A stretch of 6,244 bases of DNA from contig JBAWVI010000056.1 of the NCBI GenBank assembly GCA_037147375.1, positions 1-6,244 on the forward strand, given 5' to 3'. The position numbers and the translations under genes were made by a program. This stretch comes from an archaeon. GTDB lineage: Archaea; Iainarchaeota; Iainarchaeia; Iainarchaeales; CSSED10-239. The first letter of the stretch is position 1; each line of letters starts with the position of its first letter. A model generated the notes under the pieces. The model ran no database searches. It saw only the letters and a program-made list of their open reading frames with translations, and had not been told where the DNA came from. Of the stretch, positions 5,648 to 6,244 are shown piece by piece.

Positions 5648-6042
5648 CAACTAAAAGATAAATTTGTTGTTGCATCTGAATAACTTACTGAATTGTATCC
5701 GTAACCATATCCTGAACCGTAATATCCAGTCCCATAATATCCTGTTCCGTAGTAGTTATCATATCCTGAATAATAGTTATTGTATCCATTGTAATAAGTT
5801 GGATAAACTGTTGCATAAGTTGGAACATAATTGTATGTTGTGTATGTTGGATAACCATAACCAATCATTCCTGTGTAAGGGTTAATGTACCCACCGTATG
5901 CATAACCACCATATGCTGGATAACCATATCCAACGTATGAATAGGAGATATCTGTTACATCAAAATCCTCTGCACTAACACCTATACCTAAAAATAAAAG
6001 TGATGCAAGGACTACAGAAATTAAAATTATTTTAGAGTTCAT
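5638..6042 (-). CDS. Small (134 aa) secreted Gly/Tyr-rich low-complexity protein, unassigned family
   Basis: It has a Sec-type signal peptide (MNSKIILISVVLASLLFLGIGVSA/ED). The mature 110 aa contain 32 Tyr and about 19 Gly (hand count) in G-Y-G, Y-P-T-Y and G-T-G-Y-Y motifs. It has the strongest ribosome-binding site in the window (GGAGG, 9-nt spacer) and a BRE/TATA-like element about 55 nt upstream. It is co-oriented with the large surface-protein gene, 45 nt upstream of it. Confidence 0.8.
   Translation of the reverse strand: MNSKIILISVVLASLLFLGIGVSAEDFDVTDISYSYVGYGYPAYGGYAYGGYINPYTGMIGYGYPTYTTYNYVPTYATVYPTYYNGYNNYYSGYDNYYGTGYYGTGYYGSGYGYGYNSVSYSDATTNLSFSWIR
5695..5754 (-). repeat. Degenerate tandem 15-nt (5-codon) repeats encoding YYGTG-YYGTG-YYGSG-YGYGY
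   Basis: Residues 97-116. Codons were checked by hand, for example GGA ACA GGA TAT TAT / GGG ACT GGA TAT TAC. The repeats are imperfect at the DNA level. Confidence 0.75.
5971..6042 (-). other. Signal peptide of the Gly/Tyr-rich protein (residues 1-24)
   Basis: Lys at position 4, hydrophobic core IILISVVLASLLFLGIG, and V-S-A before the acidic EDFD. Confidence 0.75.
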
Positions 6043-6051
6043 AAATCATTT

Positions 6052-6056
6052 CCTCC
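6052..6056 (-). promoter_or_regulatory. Strong Shine-Dalgarno site (GGAGG) for the Gly/Tyr-rich gene
   Basis: The minus strand reads AAAGGAGGAAATGATTTATG, with a 9-nt spacer to the ATG at 6042. Confidence 0.75.
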
Positions 6057-6094
6057 TTTAAGCTTGTTTAATATATATTTAATTAAACAAATAG

Positions 6095-6104
6095 TTTATA
6101 AAGG
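6095..6104 (-). promoter_or_regulatory. Candidate archaeal BRE/TATA element (minus strand AAAAACCTTTATAAAC) for the Gly/Tyr gene
   Basis: The TTTATAAA core lies 53-60 nt upstream of the ATG. That predicts a transcription start near 6072 and a leader of about 30 nt containing the SD. The same 10-nt core occurs at 2448-2457. Confidence 0.5.
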
Positions 6105-6212
6105 TTTTTAATTCCTTAAAGTTACATAATTAAGCTAATATATAATATAGAGAGATAAACTTTAAAACTAAACTGATTACATATATTATAACTATTTAAA
6201 GGAAAAATAAAT

Positions 6213-6244
6213 ATGGTTGAAGAACAAACTGGATCTATTCAAGA
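6213..6244 (+). CDS. Start of an unidentified plus-strand ORF (MVEEQTGSIQ...), running off the right edge
   Basis: This is the first ATG after an in-frame TAA at 6189-6191. GGA lies 9 nt upstream, and TATATTATA (6182-6190) is centred about 27 nt upstream, so the mRNA could be leaderless. It is divergent from the Gly/Tyr gene. Only 10 codons are visible, so no product can be assigned. Confidence 0.3.
   Translation, partial: MVEEQTGSIQ

Noticed and set aside
5664-5885. 73-aa plus-strand ORF antisense to the Gly/Tyr gene
   Set aside because: It is the mirror of Tyr/Gly codons (ATA/TCC and similar, giving Asn/Ile/Leu/His-rich junk). It has no SD, whereas the minus-strand frame has a signal peptide, a GGAGG site and a promoter-like element.
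5971-6042. Type IV pilin-like (class III) signal peptide on the Gly/Tyr protein
   Set aside because: There is no [KR]-[GA] prepilin-peptidase site directly before the hydrophobic stretch. The hydrophobic core is followed by a normal V-S-A signal-peptidase I type site.
6066-6088. Inverted repeat GTTTAAT-(9 nt)-ATTAAAC near the predicted transcription start of the Gly/Tyr gene
   Set aside because: It is only 7 bp, almost entirely A/T, and has a large loop. Such repeats are expected by chance in this composition.
1-6244. CRISPR arrays, transposases/IS elements, integrases and prophage signatures
   Set aside because: There are no regularly spaced direct repeats, no terminal inverted repeats flanking an ORF and no recombinase-like ORFs in any frame of the supplied track.

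Overview
AT-rich archaeal DNA; every well-supported gene is on the minus strand. The left third (1-2225) is the start of the archaeal uL3-uL4-uL23-uL2 ribosomal-protein operon: tightly packed genes, Shine-Dalgarno sites, archaeal/eukaryotic-size proteins and no S10 gene upstream. A 334-nt AT-rich intergenic region (2226-2559) contains oligo-T terminator tracts, a consensus-like BRE/TATA element and nested inverted repeats. The right two thirds (2560-6042) hold a co-oriented two-gene cassette that I cannot assign to any characterised family. The first gene encodes a 134-aa secreted protein whose mature part is about 29% Tyr and 17% Gly (hand count). The second, 45 nt downstream, encodes a 1010-aa surface protein. 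It has a signal peptide, a Tyr-rich distal head, a Gly/Asn hinge, five tandem modules each bracketed by one Cys pair (exactly 10 Cys), two Cys-free CARDB/NEW3-like domains, a C-terminal TM anchor and a polybasic tail. A perfect 22-bp palindrome straddles the stop codon of the small gene; with a third repeat copy it can form mutually exclusive hairpins just before a T6 tract. A short plus-strand ORF start lies at the right edge. I saw no tRNA, rRNA, CRISPR array or mobile element. The lineage looks like a divergent AT-rich archaeon, possibly DPANN-like, but this is only an inference.
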